Shown piece after piece: positions 1-9,903 of a stretch of 34,730 bases of DNA. Made by a program: the position numbers and the translations under genes. How positions within the stretch are numbered: position 1 is the stretch's first letter; each line of letters begins with the position of its first letter. The notes below the pieces were generated by a model that ran no database searches, was not told the DNA's origin, and saw only the letters and a list, made by a program, of their open reading frames with translations. Source of the stretch: Candidatus Coprovivens sp. (GTDB lineage Bacteria > Bacillota_I > Bacilli_A > RF39 > UBA660); assembly GCA_051892935.1 (NCBI GenBank), contig JBJFGS010000042.1, forward strand, positions 1 through 34,730, in the 5' to 3' direction.

Positions 1-47
1 AACTAAATTTTCTAATTTTTTGAGATAAGTAGTTTGTCAACACTCTG
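1..47. mobile_element. End of an IS/MITE-like repeat; terminal sequence TTTGTCAACACTCTG at 33-47 (IS1182-like terminus)
   Basis: 33-52 matches the reverse complement of 34677-34696 at 19/20 nt and abuts a perfect hairpin. Family assignment is from recollection of IS1182-type ends. Confidence 0.55.
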
Positions 48-80
48 AAAAATAATATACAAAATGTATATTATTTTTTT
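48..80. terminator. Hairpin, bidirectional terminator-like
   Basis: AAAAATAATATACA-aaa-TGTATATTATTTTT perfect inverted repeat with A/T tails. Confidence 0.6.
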
Positions 81-150
81 GTTTCTACCAACGGTATACA
101 GTTACTACTTGAATTTAATAGTATAATTTTAATAACAAAGGAGTGATAAT

Positions 151-743
151 ATGAACCAACAAAAAATATGGAACTTTATAGCAGAATGCCGTCAAGAAAA
201 GAAAATGTATCAGACAGAATTAGATAATAAAATAGGAGTTACAGATAAAGCAATAAGTAAATGGTAAAAAAGTCGTTGTTTACCTGATATTTAGTTATTT
301 AAACCTTTATGTAATGCACTAGATATATCAGTAAATGAACTTATAAATGGTGAAAAGAACAAAAAACAAAAGAAAGAATAATAAAAAACTTAGTAAAAGA
401 AAAATTTGAAACAACAGATGATAGGTTATATAAAAAAGAACTTAGTGAAGAAGAATATGTATCATATGACATTGAATTAAATATATTAAGTTACTCTTAC
501 AAAGAAGATGAAGATAATTATATTCATGTTAGTAATTATTTATTTTCACTTAACACTCAGGTACAAAATGAATCTTTTGATGTACATGGATATAGAGAAG
601 GTAAAGAATATAATTATACTTACTTTGTAAAAAGTGAAAAGATAAGATACAATAATAACTCAATAAAAATATCTGATGCATGGCAAATAGCAAAAAATTA
701 TACAAATCTCTATAAAGAATATCAAAATAAACTTTACAAGTAA
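151..743 (+). pseudogene. XRE-family HTH transcriptional regulator pseudogene
   Basis: RBS AAGGAG, ATG 151. Reads MNQQKIWNFIAECRQEKK..GVTDKAISKW*KSRCLPDI*LFKPLCNALDISVNELINGE with stops at 265 (TAA) and 292 (TAG). A start-less open frame continues in another phase to TAA 741-743. Confidence 0.85.
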
Positions 744-817
744 TAACAAAGCTTGGTTAATCCAAGGTTCTTTTTAATTTGCCTTATTTTGTGGTATACT
801 ATAAACAGGTGATAACT

Positions 818-1852
818 ATGGGAAAAATAGGATATTTATTTAAAAGAATAACAAATATGAGTTATAAAAAAATGTTTGACACTATTAACGAGATTCACGA
901 AAAAAGTGGGAAACCAAAAATAAATATATTTTTTGATATAATTCATTGTGGTTTAAAATATCAAGCTGGATACATGGATTACAAATTGTTTGAAATGTAT
1001 AACCTTAACGAAAAACAAAGAAAAACAATAGTAACAAGAGGCATTAATAATAGTATTGTAAAAAAATATAACAATCCAGAATATACAAAATATTTTAGTG
1101 ACAAAATAGCTTTTAACAAAAAATTCAACAAATATCTTCTACGAGATTGGATGGAAGTTGATGGTACAGAAGAAAACTACGAAAAATTTAAAGAATTCTG
1201 TGATAAACACACTAGCATTTTAGTAAAACCTTTATCAGAAAGTTGCGGTAAAGGAGTTGAAATATTTAAAGTAAATAAAAAAAATATAAAAGAAATATAT
1301 AATAATCTAATAGAAACAAAAAGATATTTAGTAGAAGAAATTGCCGTTCAATGTGAAGAAATCTCCAAATTACATCCATCATCTATAAATACCATTAGAA
1401 TGGTTACACTAAATAGTGAAATAGTAGCAGCATTTTTAAGAATAGGTAATGATAATAATGTAGTAGACAATTTTAATCATGGTGGACTAGTAGCTCCAAT
1501 AAATATTGAAACAGGAATTATTGACTATCTTGCAATAGATAAAAAGATGAACATCTATGAAAAACATCCTTTAACAAATGAGTCGATATTATGGTTTAAA
1601 ATTCCTAAGTGGCCAAGAATAAAAAGATTTGTTATACAAGCATCAAAAGAAATCCCTGAGGTTGGATATGTTGGTTGGGATGTTTGCTTAGGAACAAAAG
1701 ATCCATTCCTAATTGAAGGAAACGAATTCCCAGGACATGATTTATATCAATTACCACCTCATAGAACTGATGGAATAGGCCTTATGCCTAGATTTGAGAA
1801 AGCTATGAATAAAAAAGGAGAAGGAAAAAATGAAGATAGCAATAGCAACTGA
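818..1852 (+). CDS. Sugar-transfer-associated ATP-grasp protein
   Basis: ATP-grasp motifs VKPLSESCGKGV, SINTIRMVT, DNFNHGG, GWDV, IEGNEFPG. ATG 818 follows AGGTGA. Confidence 0.8.
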   Translation: MGKIGYLFKRITNMSYKKMFDTINEIHEKSGKPKINIFFDIIHCGLKYQAGYMDYKLFEMYNLNEKQRKTIVTRGINNSIVKKYNNPEYTKYFSDKIAFNKKFNKYLLRDWMEVDGTEENYEKFKEFCDKHTSILVKPLSESCGKGVEIFKVNKKNIKEIYNNLIETKRYLVEEIAVQCEEISKLHPSSINTIRMVTLNSEIVAAFLRIGNDNNVVDNFNHGGLVAPINIETGIIDYLAIDKKMNIYEKHPLTNESILWFKIPKWPRIKRFVIQASKEIPEVGYVGWDVCLGTKDPFLIEGNEFPGHDLYQLPPHRTDGIGLMPRFEKAMNKKGEGKNEDSNSN

Positions 1853-2279
1853 TCATAATGGAGTAAACGAAAAAAAAGAACTAATAAAAATATTAAATGA
1901 ATACGAATTCTTAGATAAAAGTCCGGTTAACAATGATACGGATGATTATCCAGATTTTGCCTTTGCAGTAGCTGAATCAGTAAAGAAAAAAGAAGTTGAT
2001 TTAGGTGTTCTTTTATGTGGAACTGGTATAGGAATGAGTATTGCCGCAAATAAAGTAAAAGGTATAATATGTGGTCATTGTTCAACAAAAGAACAAGCAC
2101 ATTTAACTAAAGAACACAATCACGCTAATATAATAGCATTAAGTTATAAACAAGATATCAAAGAACTAGCTGAAATGATAAAAGAATTTGTTGAAACAAC
2201 CCCAAGTACAGAAGAAAGACATCTTAGAAGAGTAAATAAAATCATAAAATACGAAAATGGAGAATATAATGAATTATAA
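1830..2279 (+). CDS. rpiB: Ribose-5-phosphate isomerase B (RpiB/LacA/LacB family)
   Basis: IATDHNG, DDYPD, LCGTGIGMSIAANKVKG, HNHAN, RHLRRV. Confidence 0.95.
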   Translation: MKIAIATDHNGVNEKKELIKILNEYEFLDKSPVNNDTDDYPDFAFAVAESVKKKEVDLGVLLCGTGIGMSIAANKVKGIICGHCSTKEQAHLTKEHNHANIIALSYKQDIKELAEMIKEFVETTPSTEERHLRRVNKIIKYENGEYNEL

Positions 2280-2472
2280 ATTATTTATTTACATAATTTC
2301 TCTATTTGCAAGTATATTCGCACTATCAGGAATAAACTTTGATGGCTTTATTAAAACTAATAAAGCCATAGAAGCAAGAGTACTAGTAATATTATTAAGT
2401 CTAGCGCTTAGTTATTTGGTAACAGGATTTATTACAGATTTCTCAATCGTAAGCTCTATTATAAAAGGATGA
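2269..2472 (+). CDS. Small two-TM membrane protein, YwzB/DUF1146-like
   Basis: ALSGINFDGFIK..EARVL..LSLALSYLVTGF pattern. Position upstream of spoIID as in Bacillus. Confidence 0.7.
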   Translation: MNYKLFIYIISLFASIFALSGINFDGFIKTNKAIEARVLVILLSLALSYLVTGFITDFSIVSSIIKG

Positions 2473-3362
2473 TTAGATTGAATAAAAAATTAATATACAT
2501 TATTGTAGTATTAATTCCTATTTTAATAATTAGTTTCTTATTTAAAGAAACTAATTTTATTATACCTAAAAATAAACATAGTGTTGATAAAGTGATAGTA
2601 ATAATAAATAATCAAGAAAAAAATATAAATTTAGAAGACTATATAATAGGAGTAGTAGCCGGTGAAATGCCTGCTTTATTTGAAGAAGAAGCTCTAAAGG
2701 CACAAGCCATTGCTGCTAGAACATATCTAATAAATCATTTACAAAATAACAATACAATATCTAATACAACAGATGATCAAGTATATCTTACAGAAGAAGA
2801 ATTAAAAGTAAAATGGCAGACCAATTATGATAAATACTACAATAAAATAAAAAAAGCTGTAGAATCAACAGAAGGATTAATAATGTACTACGAAGGAAAA
2901 CCAATAAAGTCATACTATTTTTCCAAAAGCAATGGTTATACAGAATCATCATTAAATGTATTTAATGAACAAAGAAACTACCTTAATATAGTAGCATCCC
3001 CATTTGATGAAGATAATTCATATACAACAGAAATATCCAAGCAAGAATTTTGTAATAAACTAAACATTACATGTAATAAAATAACTATAGAAAACATAGA
3101 AAAAGACAACTCAAACAGAGTATCAAAAATAACAATTAATAATAATGAATACACAGGTATAGAAATAAGAAAAATATTATCATTAAGATCAACAGATTTC
3201 ACTATAACAATAAATAATGATTTAATAACAATTACCACTAAAGGATATGGACATGGTGTTGGAATGAGTCAATATGGGGCAAATAATATGGCAAAACTAG
3301 GATATACATATGAAGAAATATTAAAATACTATTATCAAGATATAGAAATTGATAGTATTTAG
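2469..3362 (+). CDS. spoIID: Stage II sporulation protein D (lytic transglycosylase)
   Basis: LEDYIIGVVAGEMPA, EALKAQAIAARTY, LSLRSTDF, GYGHGVGMSQYGA, ILKYYY, N-terminal TM. Confidence 0.93.
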   Translation: MIRLNKKLIYIIVVLIPILIISFLFKETNFIIPKNKHSVDKVIVIINNQEKNINLEDYIIGVVAGEMPALFEEEALKAQAIAARTYLINHLQNNNTISNTTDDQVYLTEEELKVKWQTNYDKYYNKIKKAVESTEGLIMYYEGKPIKSYYFSKSNGYTESSLNVFNEQRNYLNIVASPFDEDNSYTTEISKQEFCNKLNITCNKITIENIEKDNSNRVSKITINNNEYTGIEIRKILSLRSTDFTITINNDLITITTKGYGHGVGMSQYGANNMAKLGYTYEEILKYYYQDIEIDSI

Positions 3363-3391
3363 GTATATTTCTTTTTTTATTGTCCAAACTT
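3363..3391 (+). promoter_or_regulatory. Candidate forespore sigma-F/G promoter of spoIIQ
   Basis: GTATA-14 nt-GTCCAAACTT approximates GYATA..GGnnAnAHTR. spoIIQ is sigma-F dependent in Bacillus. Confidence 0.4.
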
Positions 3392-3414
3392 ATTATTAGA
3401 AAGGTTGGAAAAAA

Positions 3415-4035
3415 ATGACAAAGAAAAGATTAAAAGAATGGGTAATACCTACATTAGCATTACTAATATTAATTGGTCTACTACTTATTTACTATTTACT
3501 AAGTAATCTATCAAATGTAAATCTAATACCAGAAGATACTTATTTTACTAACGTATTAATAGAAACCCAAAATACACTAGATGTTAATAAAGTAATAGAA
3601 ACAGGAGTTATAAACCCATATAAAGGAGATAATATAACAATAAGTAAATATTATTACAATAAGAATGAAGAAGAAACAAGACAACAACAATCATTAATAA
3701 AATATGAAAACATTTATATGCCAAATACTGGTATATTATATTCGAGTGACAAAGAATTTGAAATAGTATCAGTATTAGATGGAAAAGTAATTTCAATAAA
3801 AGAAGATGACATACTAGGAAATATTATTGAAATAGAACATCAAAATAATATAATAACAATATATCAAAGTGTTAAAAATGTTAAAGTAAAAGTAGGAGAT
3901 AGAATATCTAAAGGTACAATAATAGCATTAAGTGGACCAAATAAACTAGAACAAGAAAAAGAAAATTGCTTACATTTTGAAGTATATAAAGAAGGTAATT
4001 TAGTTAATCCACTAGAACTTCTTGAAAATAAATGA
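3415..4035 (+). CDS. spoIIQ: SpoIIQ-like M23/LytM protein
   Basis: N-terminal TM, YMPNTGILY, YQSV in place of the metal-binding YxH, CLHFEV..NP, downstream of spoIID. Confidence 0.8.
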   Translation: MTKKRLKEWVIPTLALLILIGLLLIYYLLSNLSNVNLIPEDTYFTNVLIETQNTLDVNKVIETGVINPYKGDNITISKYYYNKNEEETRQQQSLIKYENIYMPNTGILYSSDKEFEIVSVLDGKVISIKEDDILGNIIEIEHQNNIITIYQSVKNVKVKVGDRISKGTIIALSGPNKLEQEKENCLHFEVYKEGNLVNPLELLENK

Positions 4036-4613
4036 AAAGAAAAACAATAACTCTTCAGTTCATACAAAATGGAATTATTATATTAAGTAAAGAAGCAAAT
4101 AACTATCTGTTAGAAAGTGTTGATAACTATAAAATTATTAACAGAGAAAAATTTATTTTAGAAATGAATGAAATATTAAAAAAAACAAATATAAATAATT
4201 CTCTATTAACTGATAATATAAACATAATAATAGATAATACATATTCAGAATTAGATAAAGAAAATATAAATGATGTATTTATTGGATTATCATTCAATAA
4301 AATAAAATTTTTAGAGTTAACAAAACTATTCAATTTAAAAAAACAAGAACTATTAATAGATATATCCACAAATAATATTAAAATATATTATATAGATGAA
4401 GTAATTGATCAAAAAATATACTTCAATAAATATAACCAAATACTATCTATATTTATAAAAAATATTACCAATATACATAATATAAAAACAATAAAATTAT
4501 TTGGAAATAAGTGTAATAACAAAAAAATAATTAGCATATTAGAAAAATATTCAAGTGCTGAAGTATATATTTATTCACAGCCTCATCAAGTACCCATAAC
4601 CTTATTAACATAA
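4032..4613 (+). CDS. Hypothetical protein; probable highly degenerate MreB/Mbl-like actin fold
   Basis: Colinear resemblance to four MreB segments (see findings) and syntenic with mbl. Confidence 0.45.
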   Translation: MKRKTITLQFIQNGIIILSKEANNYLLESVDNYKIINREKFILEMNEILKKTNINNSLLTDNINIIIDNTYSELDKENINDVFIGLSFNKIKFLELTKLFNLKKQELLIDISTNNIKIYYIDEVIDQKIYFNKYNQILSIFIKNITNIHNIKTIKLFGNKCNNKKIISILEKYSSAEVYIYSQPHQVPITLLT

Positions 4614-4667
4614 TATATAGAAAAAAATAAATATTATGATATAATATAGGTACGGAGGATGATGGAA

Positions 4668-5207
4668 ATGAAACTAAATATTCGTGGAGAGAAAGTTACA
4701 ATTACTCAAGCAATGAAAAATTACATTACAGAAAAACTAGCGAAAGTGGATAAATATTTCGAAAATCCAGAAGAAATAAATGCTAATGTTCTTGTAAGAG
4801 TTAAAGGTTTAGAACAAATTATTGAAGTAACTGCTTTGACTAAGAAATTCACTCTAAGAGCAGAGGAATCTAATGAAGACTTTTATGCAGCAGTTGACTT
4901 AGTAGTAGCTAAACTAGAAAGACAAATGAGAAAAAATAAAGATAGATTAAATAAAAAATACAAAAATGTTGAAACTCTTGAATTCAATTTTGATTATGAA
5001 CCAGAAGAAAAAGAAGAGGAAGAAAATGTAAGTGCTATAGTAAAAAGGAAAAATATTTCAATGAAACCAATGGATGAAGAAGAAGCAGTACTACAAATAG
5101 AACTTCTAAATCATGATTTCTTTGTATTTAAAAATATCGATGAAGAATGCGTATCAGTTATTTATAAAAGAAAAGATGGCAATTACGGAATAATCAACAT
5201 GAAATAA
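4668..5207 (+). CDS. hpf: Ribosome hibernation promoting factor, long form (HPF/YvyD)
   Basis: LNIRGEKVTIT, LRAEE..DFYAAVDLVVAKLERQMRK, KPMDEEEAVLQIELLNHDFFVF, YKRKDGNYG. Confidence 0.95.
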   Translation: MKLNIRGEKVTITQAMKNYITEKLAKVDKYFENPEEINANVLVRVKGLEQIIEVTALTKKFTLRAEESNEDFYAAVDLVVAKLERQMRKNKDRLNKKYKNVETLEFNFDYEPEEKEEEENVSAIVKRKNISMKPMDEEEAVLQIELLNHDFFVFKNIDEECVSVIYKRKDGNYGIINMK

Positions 5208-5226
5208 GGAGCAATGCTCCTTTTTT
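5206..5226 (+). terminator. Rho-independent terminator after hpf
   Basis: AAGGAGCA-a-TGCTCCTT followed by T run. Confidence 0.75.
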
Positions 5227-5390
5227 ATTGCTTATAAAATACTAAATATCATCAAAATAACAAAAATATAAGCCTTTTTATTGAATTTATTAAAAAAATA
5301 ATTTACAATATGAATTACGCGAATATCAAAGCAAAAAATATTTAATACTTGACATATTTTTGATATAATATAACACGTGGAGGAATGCAT

Positions 5391-7889
5391 ATGGGATTTT
5401 TTAGAAAATTAATTGACTCAGAGTATAAAGAATTAAAAAGGTTTGAAAAAATAGCAAATGAAATAGACGCATTAAGTGAAGAAATGGAAGCTTTAAGCGA
5501 TGAAGAATTAAAAGCAAAAACAGCAGAATTTAAAGAACAATTGGAAAATGGAACAGATTTAGAAGATCTTGTAGTACCAGCATTCGCTGTAGTAAGAGAA
5601 GCTGCATATCGTGTAATTGGTGAAAAACCTTATTTCGTTCAAATATTAGGTGGTTTAGCAATTCATTATGGTAATATAGCAGAAATGAAAACTGGTGAAG
5701 GTAAAACTTTAACAGAAACAATGCCAACATACTTAAATGCTTTAACAGGTAAAGGTGTTCACATTGTAACAGTAAATGAATTTTTAGCAAAACGTGACTC
5801 AGAGTGGATGGGCAATATATTTAGATTCTTGGGATTAACTGTTGGTCTAAATATGAGAGAAATGTCACCTTCTCAAAAAAGAGAAGCATATAATTGTGAT
5901 GTTTTATACTCAACAAATAATGAAATCGGTTTTGATTATTTAAGAGATAATATGGTAGTTAGAGCTAAAGATAGAGTTCAAAGACCATTAAATTTCTGCA
6001 TAGTTGATGAAGTAGACTCTATTTTAATAGATGAAGCAAGAACACCATTGATTATTTCAGGTGGAAAATTTGATTCAAAAGACTTATATACGTCAGCGGA
6101 TAGAGCTGTAAAAAAATTAGATGCTGAAGATTATACTGTAGATGAAAAAACAAAAAGTGTATCATTAACTGAAAGTGGAGTAGAAAAAATAGAAAAAACA
6201 TTCCATGTTAAAAACTTATATGATATAGAAAATGCAGTATTAGTTCACCATTTAAATCAAGCATTAAAAGCAAACTATGGATTTAAAAACGATGTTGATT
6301 ATGTAGTAGAAGATGGAGTAGTAGTAATTGTAGATCAATTTACTGGTCGTTTAATGCATGGTCGTCAATTTAGTGATGGTTTACACCAAGCTATTGAAGC
6401 TAAAGAGGGCGTAAAAATAAATGAAGAAACAAAAACAATGGCTACAATAACATTCCAAAATTTGTTCAGAATGTATAATAAATTATCTGGTATGACAGGT
6501 ACAGCTAAAACAGAAGAAGAAGAATTTAGAGATATTTATAATATGTACGTAATTCAAATTCCAACTAACAAACCTGTTATAAGAGAAGATTTACCAGATT
6601 TAGTATATGCAACTGAAAAAGGTAAATTAAAAGCTATAGTCAATAAAATTAAAGAAATTCATTCGACAGGACAACCAATATTAGTTGGTACTGTATCTGT
6701 TGAAAACAATGAAAAATTAAGTGCACTTCTAAAAAAAGAAGGATTAAAACATGAAGTTTTAAATGCTAAAAATCATGAAAGAGAAGCTGAAATAGTTGCA
6801 AAAGCAGGTGAAAAAGGTGCTATAACTATTGCTACAAATATGGCAGGACGTGGTACCGACATTAAATTAGGAGAAGGCGTAGTAGAATTAGGTGGCTTAT
6901 ACGTAATAGGAACTGAAAGACATGAATCACGTCGTATTGATAACCAATTACGTGGTCGTTCAGGACGTCAAGGAGATCCAGGTACATCTCAATTCTTTGT
7001 ATCATTTGATGATGATTTAATGAGACGTTTCGGAACAGACAAAATAAAGCAAATGCTATTAACTGCAGGCTTCACTGATGATCAAGCAATTCGCTCAAGA
7101 GCTTTTACCAAAAGTATAGAAACAGCTCAAAAGAGAGTTGAAGGAAATAACTATGATACTCGTAAATCACTATTAGATTACGATAACGTAATGAATGAAC
7201 AAAGAGAAATTATATATTCAAGAAGAAATGAAATCCTTGATCAAGAATCTATATCAGAAAGAACACAAGCAACATTTGATTCAAATATTGCAAATTTAGT
7301 AAATAACCACATCGAACCAGAAGGATATTTAACAGAAGATGATAAATCAGAAATTATTGAATATTTAAATACTAATTTAATTAAAACAACCAAATTAGAA
7401 GTATCAGAAATAGAAGATATGAAATCTGAAGAAGATGTAAAAAAATATCTAACAGAAAAAGTTAAAGCTGATTATGTCGAAAAAACTAAAGATGTACCAA
7501 AAGAGGTAATAGCAGAATTTGAAAAAGCTATAGCTTTAAGAGTAATCGATGAAGCATGGATAGACCACATTGGTGCTATGGAACATTTAAGAGAAGGTAT
7601 TGGACTTCGTGGATATGGTCAAACAAATCCTCTACAAGCATATACAATGGAAGGATATGAATTATTCGATGATTTAATGGGAAATATCGAATCAAAAATA
7701 TCAATCTTCTTATTGAAAGCTGAAGTAAGACAAAATACTGAAAGAAAAGATCAAAGTAGCAAAAAAATTATCCATGATACACATTTAAAAACAAAAGGAA
7801 CACCAATAAAAAAAGAACAAAAAATTGGCAGAAATGACAAATGCCCATGTGGCTCAGGGAAAAAATATAAACAATGTTGTGGCAAGTAG
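5391..7889 (+). CDS. secA: Preprotein translocase ATPase SecA
   Basis: MKTGEGKT, DEVDSILIDEARTPLIISG, ATNMAGRGTDI, QLRGRSGRQGDPG, C-terminal CPCGSGKKYKQCC zinc motif. GGAGG before ATG 5391. Confidence 0.99.
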   Translation: MGFFRKLIDSEYKELKRFEKIANEIDALSEEMEALSDEELKAKTAEFKEQLENGTDLEDLVVPAFAVVREAAYRVIGEKPYFVQILGGLAIHYGNIAEMKTGEGKTLTETMPTYLNALTGKGVHIVTVNEFLAKRDSEWMGNIFRFLGLTVGLNMREMSPSQKREAYNCDVLYSTNNEIGFDYLRDNMVVRAKDRVQRPLNFCIVDEVDSILIDEARTPLIISGGKFDSKDLYTSADRAVKKLDAEDYTVDEKTKSVSLTESGVEKIEKTFHVKNLYDIENAVLVHHLNQALKANYGFKNDVDYVVEDGVVVIVDQFTGRLMHGRQFSDGLHQAIEAKEGVKINEETKTMATITFQNLFRMYNKLSGMTGTAKTEEEEFRDIYNMYVIQIPTNKPVIREDLPDLVYATEKGKLKAIVNKIKEIHSTGQPILVGTVSVENNEKLSALLKKEGLKHEVLNAKNHEREAEIVAKAGEKGAITIATNMAGRGTDIKLGEGVVELGGLYVIGTERHESRRIDNQLRGRSGRQGDPGTSQFFVSFDDDLMRRFGTDKIKQMLLTAGFTDDQAIRSRAFTKSIETAQKRVEGNNYDTRKSLLDYDNVMNEQREIIYSRRNEILDQESISERTQATFDSNIANLVNNHIEPEGYLTEDDKSEIIEYLNTNLIKTTKLEVSEIEDMKSEEDVKKYLTEKVKADYVEKTKDVPKEVIAEFEKAIALRVIDEAWIDHIGAMEHLREGIGLRGYGQTNPLQAYTMEGYELFDDLMGNIESKISIFLLKAEVRQNTERKDQSSKKIIHDTHLKTKGTPIKKEQKIGRNDKCPCGSGKKYKQCCGK

Positions 7890-7915
7890 TAGGTTTTATA
7901 AGGGTTTGCGAGGAT

Positions 7916-7990
7916 TTTGACCACGCGAAATTTGACCAAAAACTACGATTTGACAACATTTTGACCACAGAATTTTGAATTGTGGTCAAA
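7916..7990. repeat. TTTGACCAC repeat cluster, putative integrase arm-type sites (left end of element A)
   Basis: Copies at 7916, 7931, 7949, 7960 and an inverted copy at 7982. Confidence 0.75.
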
Positions 7991-8019
7991 AATTACTCAA
8001 TGAATGTGATTAATGTTAG

Positions 8020-8049
8020 AAAGATGTCATCAAACGATGATATCTTTTT
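8020..8049 (+). terminator. Terminator-like hairpin downstream of secA
   Basis: AAAGATGTCATC-aaac-GATGATATCTTT plus T run. Confidence 0.6.
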
Positions 8050-8075
8050 GTTTGCTCACAGGAAGGAGTAAAAGT

Positions 8076-8744
8076 ATGGTAAGTGTTAGAAAGAGGATTA
8101 AAAGGAAATAGTGTAGAAAATCTATCGGTCAAGAATATAAAAAGATTACTTCTAATTTAGAAAAAGAATTAATCAAAAAAGAAAGTGTTCTAGAAAAGTT
8201 TATTAATAATTTAGAAGAACAATTAAAAACCAATAAACCAATACTATTTGATAAAGATCATGTAAGAGTAAGTAAAGAAACATTAGATTGTATGAATCAA
8301 GTAATAAAAGATGCTAAAAAGGTTATGGAATTTCAACCTAAAATGGAGCAATTATTTAAAGAAGCAAATACTTTTAGTAAGAGTCATCAAACATTAGAAA
8401 AAGAAAATAATAATCTTCAAAGGGAAGTAAATGTACTTACTACAATAAATCAAAATTTAACAAAGGAGAACCATCATCTTAAAGACTTTTTAAAAGCTAT
8501 TTTGGAAGTAATTAAAAATTTTTTTAGGGAATTACTACAAATTGGTAGTGAACCTGTAAAAGAAACTATTACAAGCGAAGTAAAGAAAATTTATCATACA
8601 GATTTTTTCAGTACTAAAGATGTGTTTGAAATATCTAAGGGTATTGATAAAGAAGATGAATTATTTGATTATGCAGAAATTCCAAATTATTATAAGATTA
8701 GAAATAAAAAATCATCTAACAAGGGTAGTGATTTATGCTTATAA
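8076..8744 (+). pseudogene. Deletion fusion: integrase-like N-terminus (MVSVRKR) plus C-terminal part of a MobV/Pre relaxase
   Basis: Strong RBS GGAAGGAG and ATG 8076 giving only 11 codons. The overlapping frame reads LERGLKGNSVENLSV / QEYKK (frameshift near 8130), like the end of a Mob_Pre domain, and continues into the coiled-coil ORF 8292-8744. Confidence 0.6.
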
Positions 8745-8811
8745 ATAATTTTTGGCGTTTGTAATCAACGAGTATTTATTATATAATTTAGTTATATTTG
8801 AGGTGGTAATA

Positions 8812-9900
8812 ATGTCTTTTTATGGTTTATTAAGAGAGTTGGAAAAAATAAATAGAGCTGCTGAACGTGAGCAGGCTAGAAGAGAAAGAATAAATGCAAG
8901 AAATCAAGAAATATATAGAAGAAATTTAGAGAAGCAACGAAAAGCAGATCATATGATTAGTCAGCAAAAAAAAGCAGATGATTTAACTAAAAAAATAATT
9001 GATCAATATACAGATTATGATAAGTTTAAAGATAAAATCTTATCTTACCCTAAATTTTTTAGGTTTGATGATTTTAAAAAGAAAACTATAAAAAAGAAAT
9101 TTGTGTATAATGTTCCTATGCCTCAAAAAAGTAGTAATTCTAGTCAAATTAAAGTTCCAAAAGAAAGCAAATTAGAACAAAAGTTAACTTTTTTACGAAA
9201 AAGAAGATTATCTATAGAAAACAAAAAACAAGAAATGGAACTAAAAGAAACTCAACAATATAATGATTTGCTAAAAAAATATGAAAGTAATAAGGCAAAA
9301 GCATTAAAAAAATTTGAATTAGAACAATTTAAATTAAATGCGGAAATAGATGAATTTAATAAATCCGTAGATAATTGGAAAAGTGGTTGTGCGAATTATG
9401 ATAAAGAATCAATTGATAAGTATTTAGCACATTTGCTAAATTTCTTTATTAATAATACAAATGACAAACTTGTTAGTAAAGTTAGATATGATTATATTGA
9501 TAATAAATTGATTTATGAAGTATTTTTAAAAAAAGAAAATGAATTATTTCCATGTGAAGGATACAGATATTATAAACAAAAAGATTCTATAGAACCTATT
9601 ATAACTAAGAAAACAACAATTAATACTATATTAAAAGAATTAATTCCTAATGTTGCTATAACTTTGATTGATATACTTTTTAAAAATGATGAACTCGATT
9701 TATTTAATGAAATAATTGTTAATGTTTATTATACAAGAAAGTGCTGTTCTTCTATTAAATTACTTAAAGATGAATATAAATCTTTTAACTTGAATGAAGA
9801 AGATGATTATTATTATGTTTATGATCATTATATGAAAAATTATAAAACGCTTACAACTGGTGTTAAACCTTATGATAGCATGTATGTGGAGTTGGTTTAA
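8812..9900 (+). CDS. Hypothetical protein resembling the N-terminal region of long Mrr-family restriction endonucleases, without the nuclease domain
   Basis: Charged helical N-terminus (RAAEREQARRER). YRYYKQKDSI..VAITLIDILFKND..IIVN..CCSSI..EY..FNL..VKP pattern, ending where Mrr_cat normally begins. RBS GAGGTG before ATG 8812. Confidence 0.55.
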   Translation: MSFYGLLRELEKINRAAEREQARRERINARNQEIYRRNLEKQRKADHMISQQKKADDLTKKIIDQYTDYDKFKDKILSYPKFFRFDDFKKKTIKKKFVYNVPMPQKSSNSSQIKVPKESKLEQKLTFLRKRRLSIENKKQEMELKETQQYNDLLKKYESNKAKALKKFELEQFKLNAEIDEFNKSVDNWKSGCANYDKESIDKYLAHLLNFFINNTNDKLVSKVRYDYIDNKLIYEVFLKKENELFPCEGYRYYKQKDSIEPIITKKTTINTILKELIPNVAITLIDILFKNDELDLFNEIIVNVYYTRKCCSSIKLLKDEYKSFNLNEEDDYYYVYDHYMKNYKTLTTGVKPYDSMYVELV

Positions 9901-9903
9901 TTT

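Noticed and set aside
81-100. Purine riboswitch (GTTTCTACC motif)
   Set aside because: No upstream aptamer stems or GATATGG-like loop, and the downstream gene is an HTH regulator
7916-7990. CRISPR array or replication iterons
   Set aside because: Repeats are only 9 nt, irregularly spaced, one is inverted, and there is no cas or rep gene
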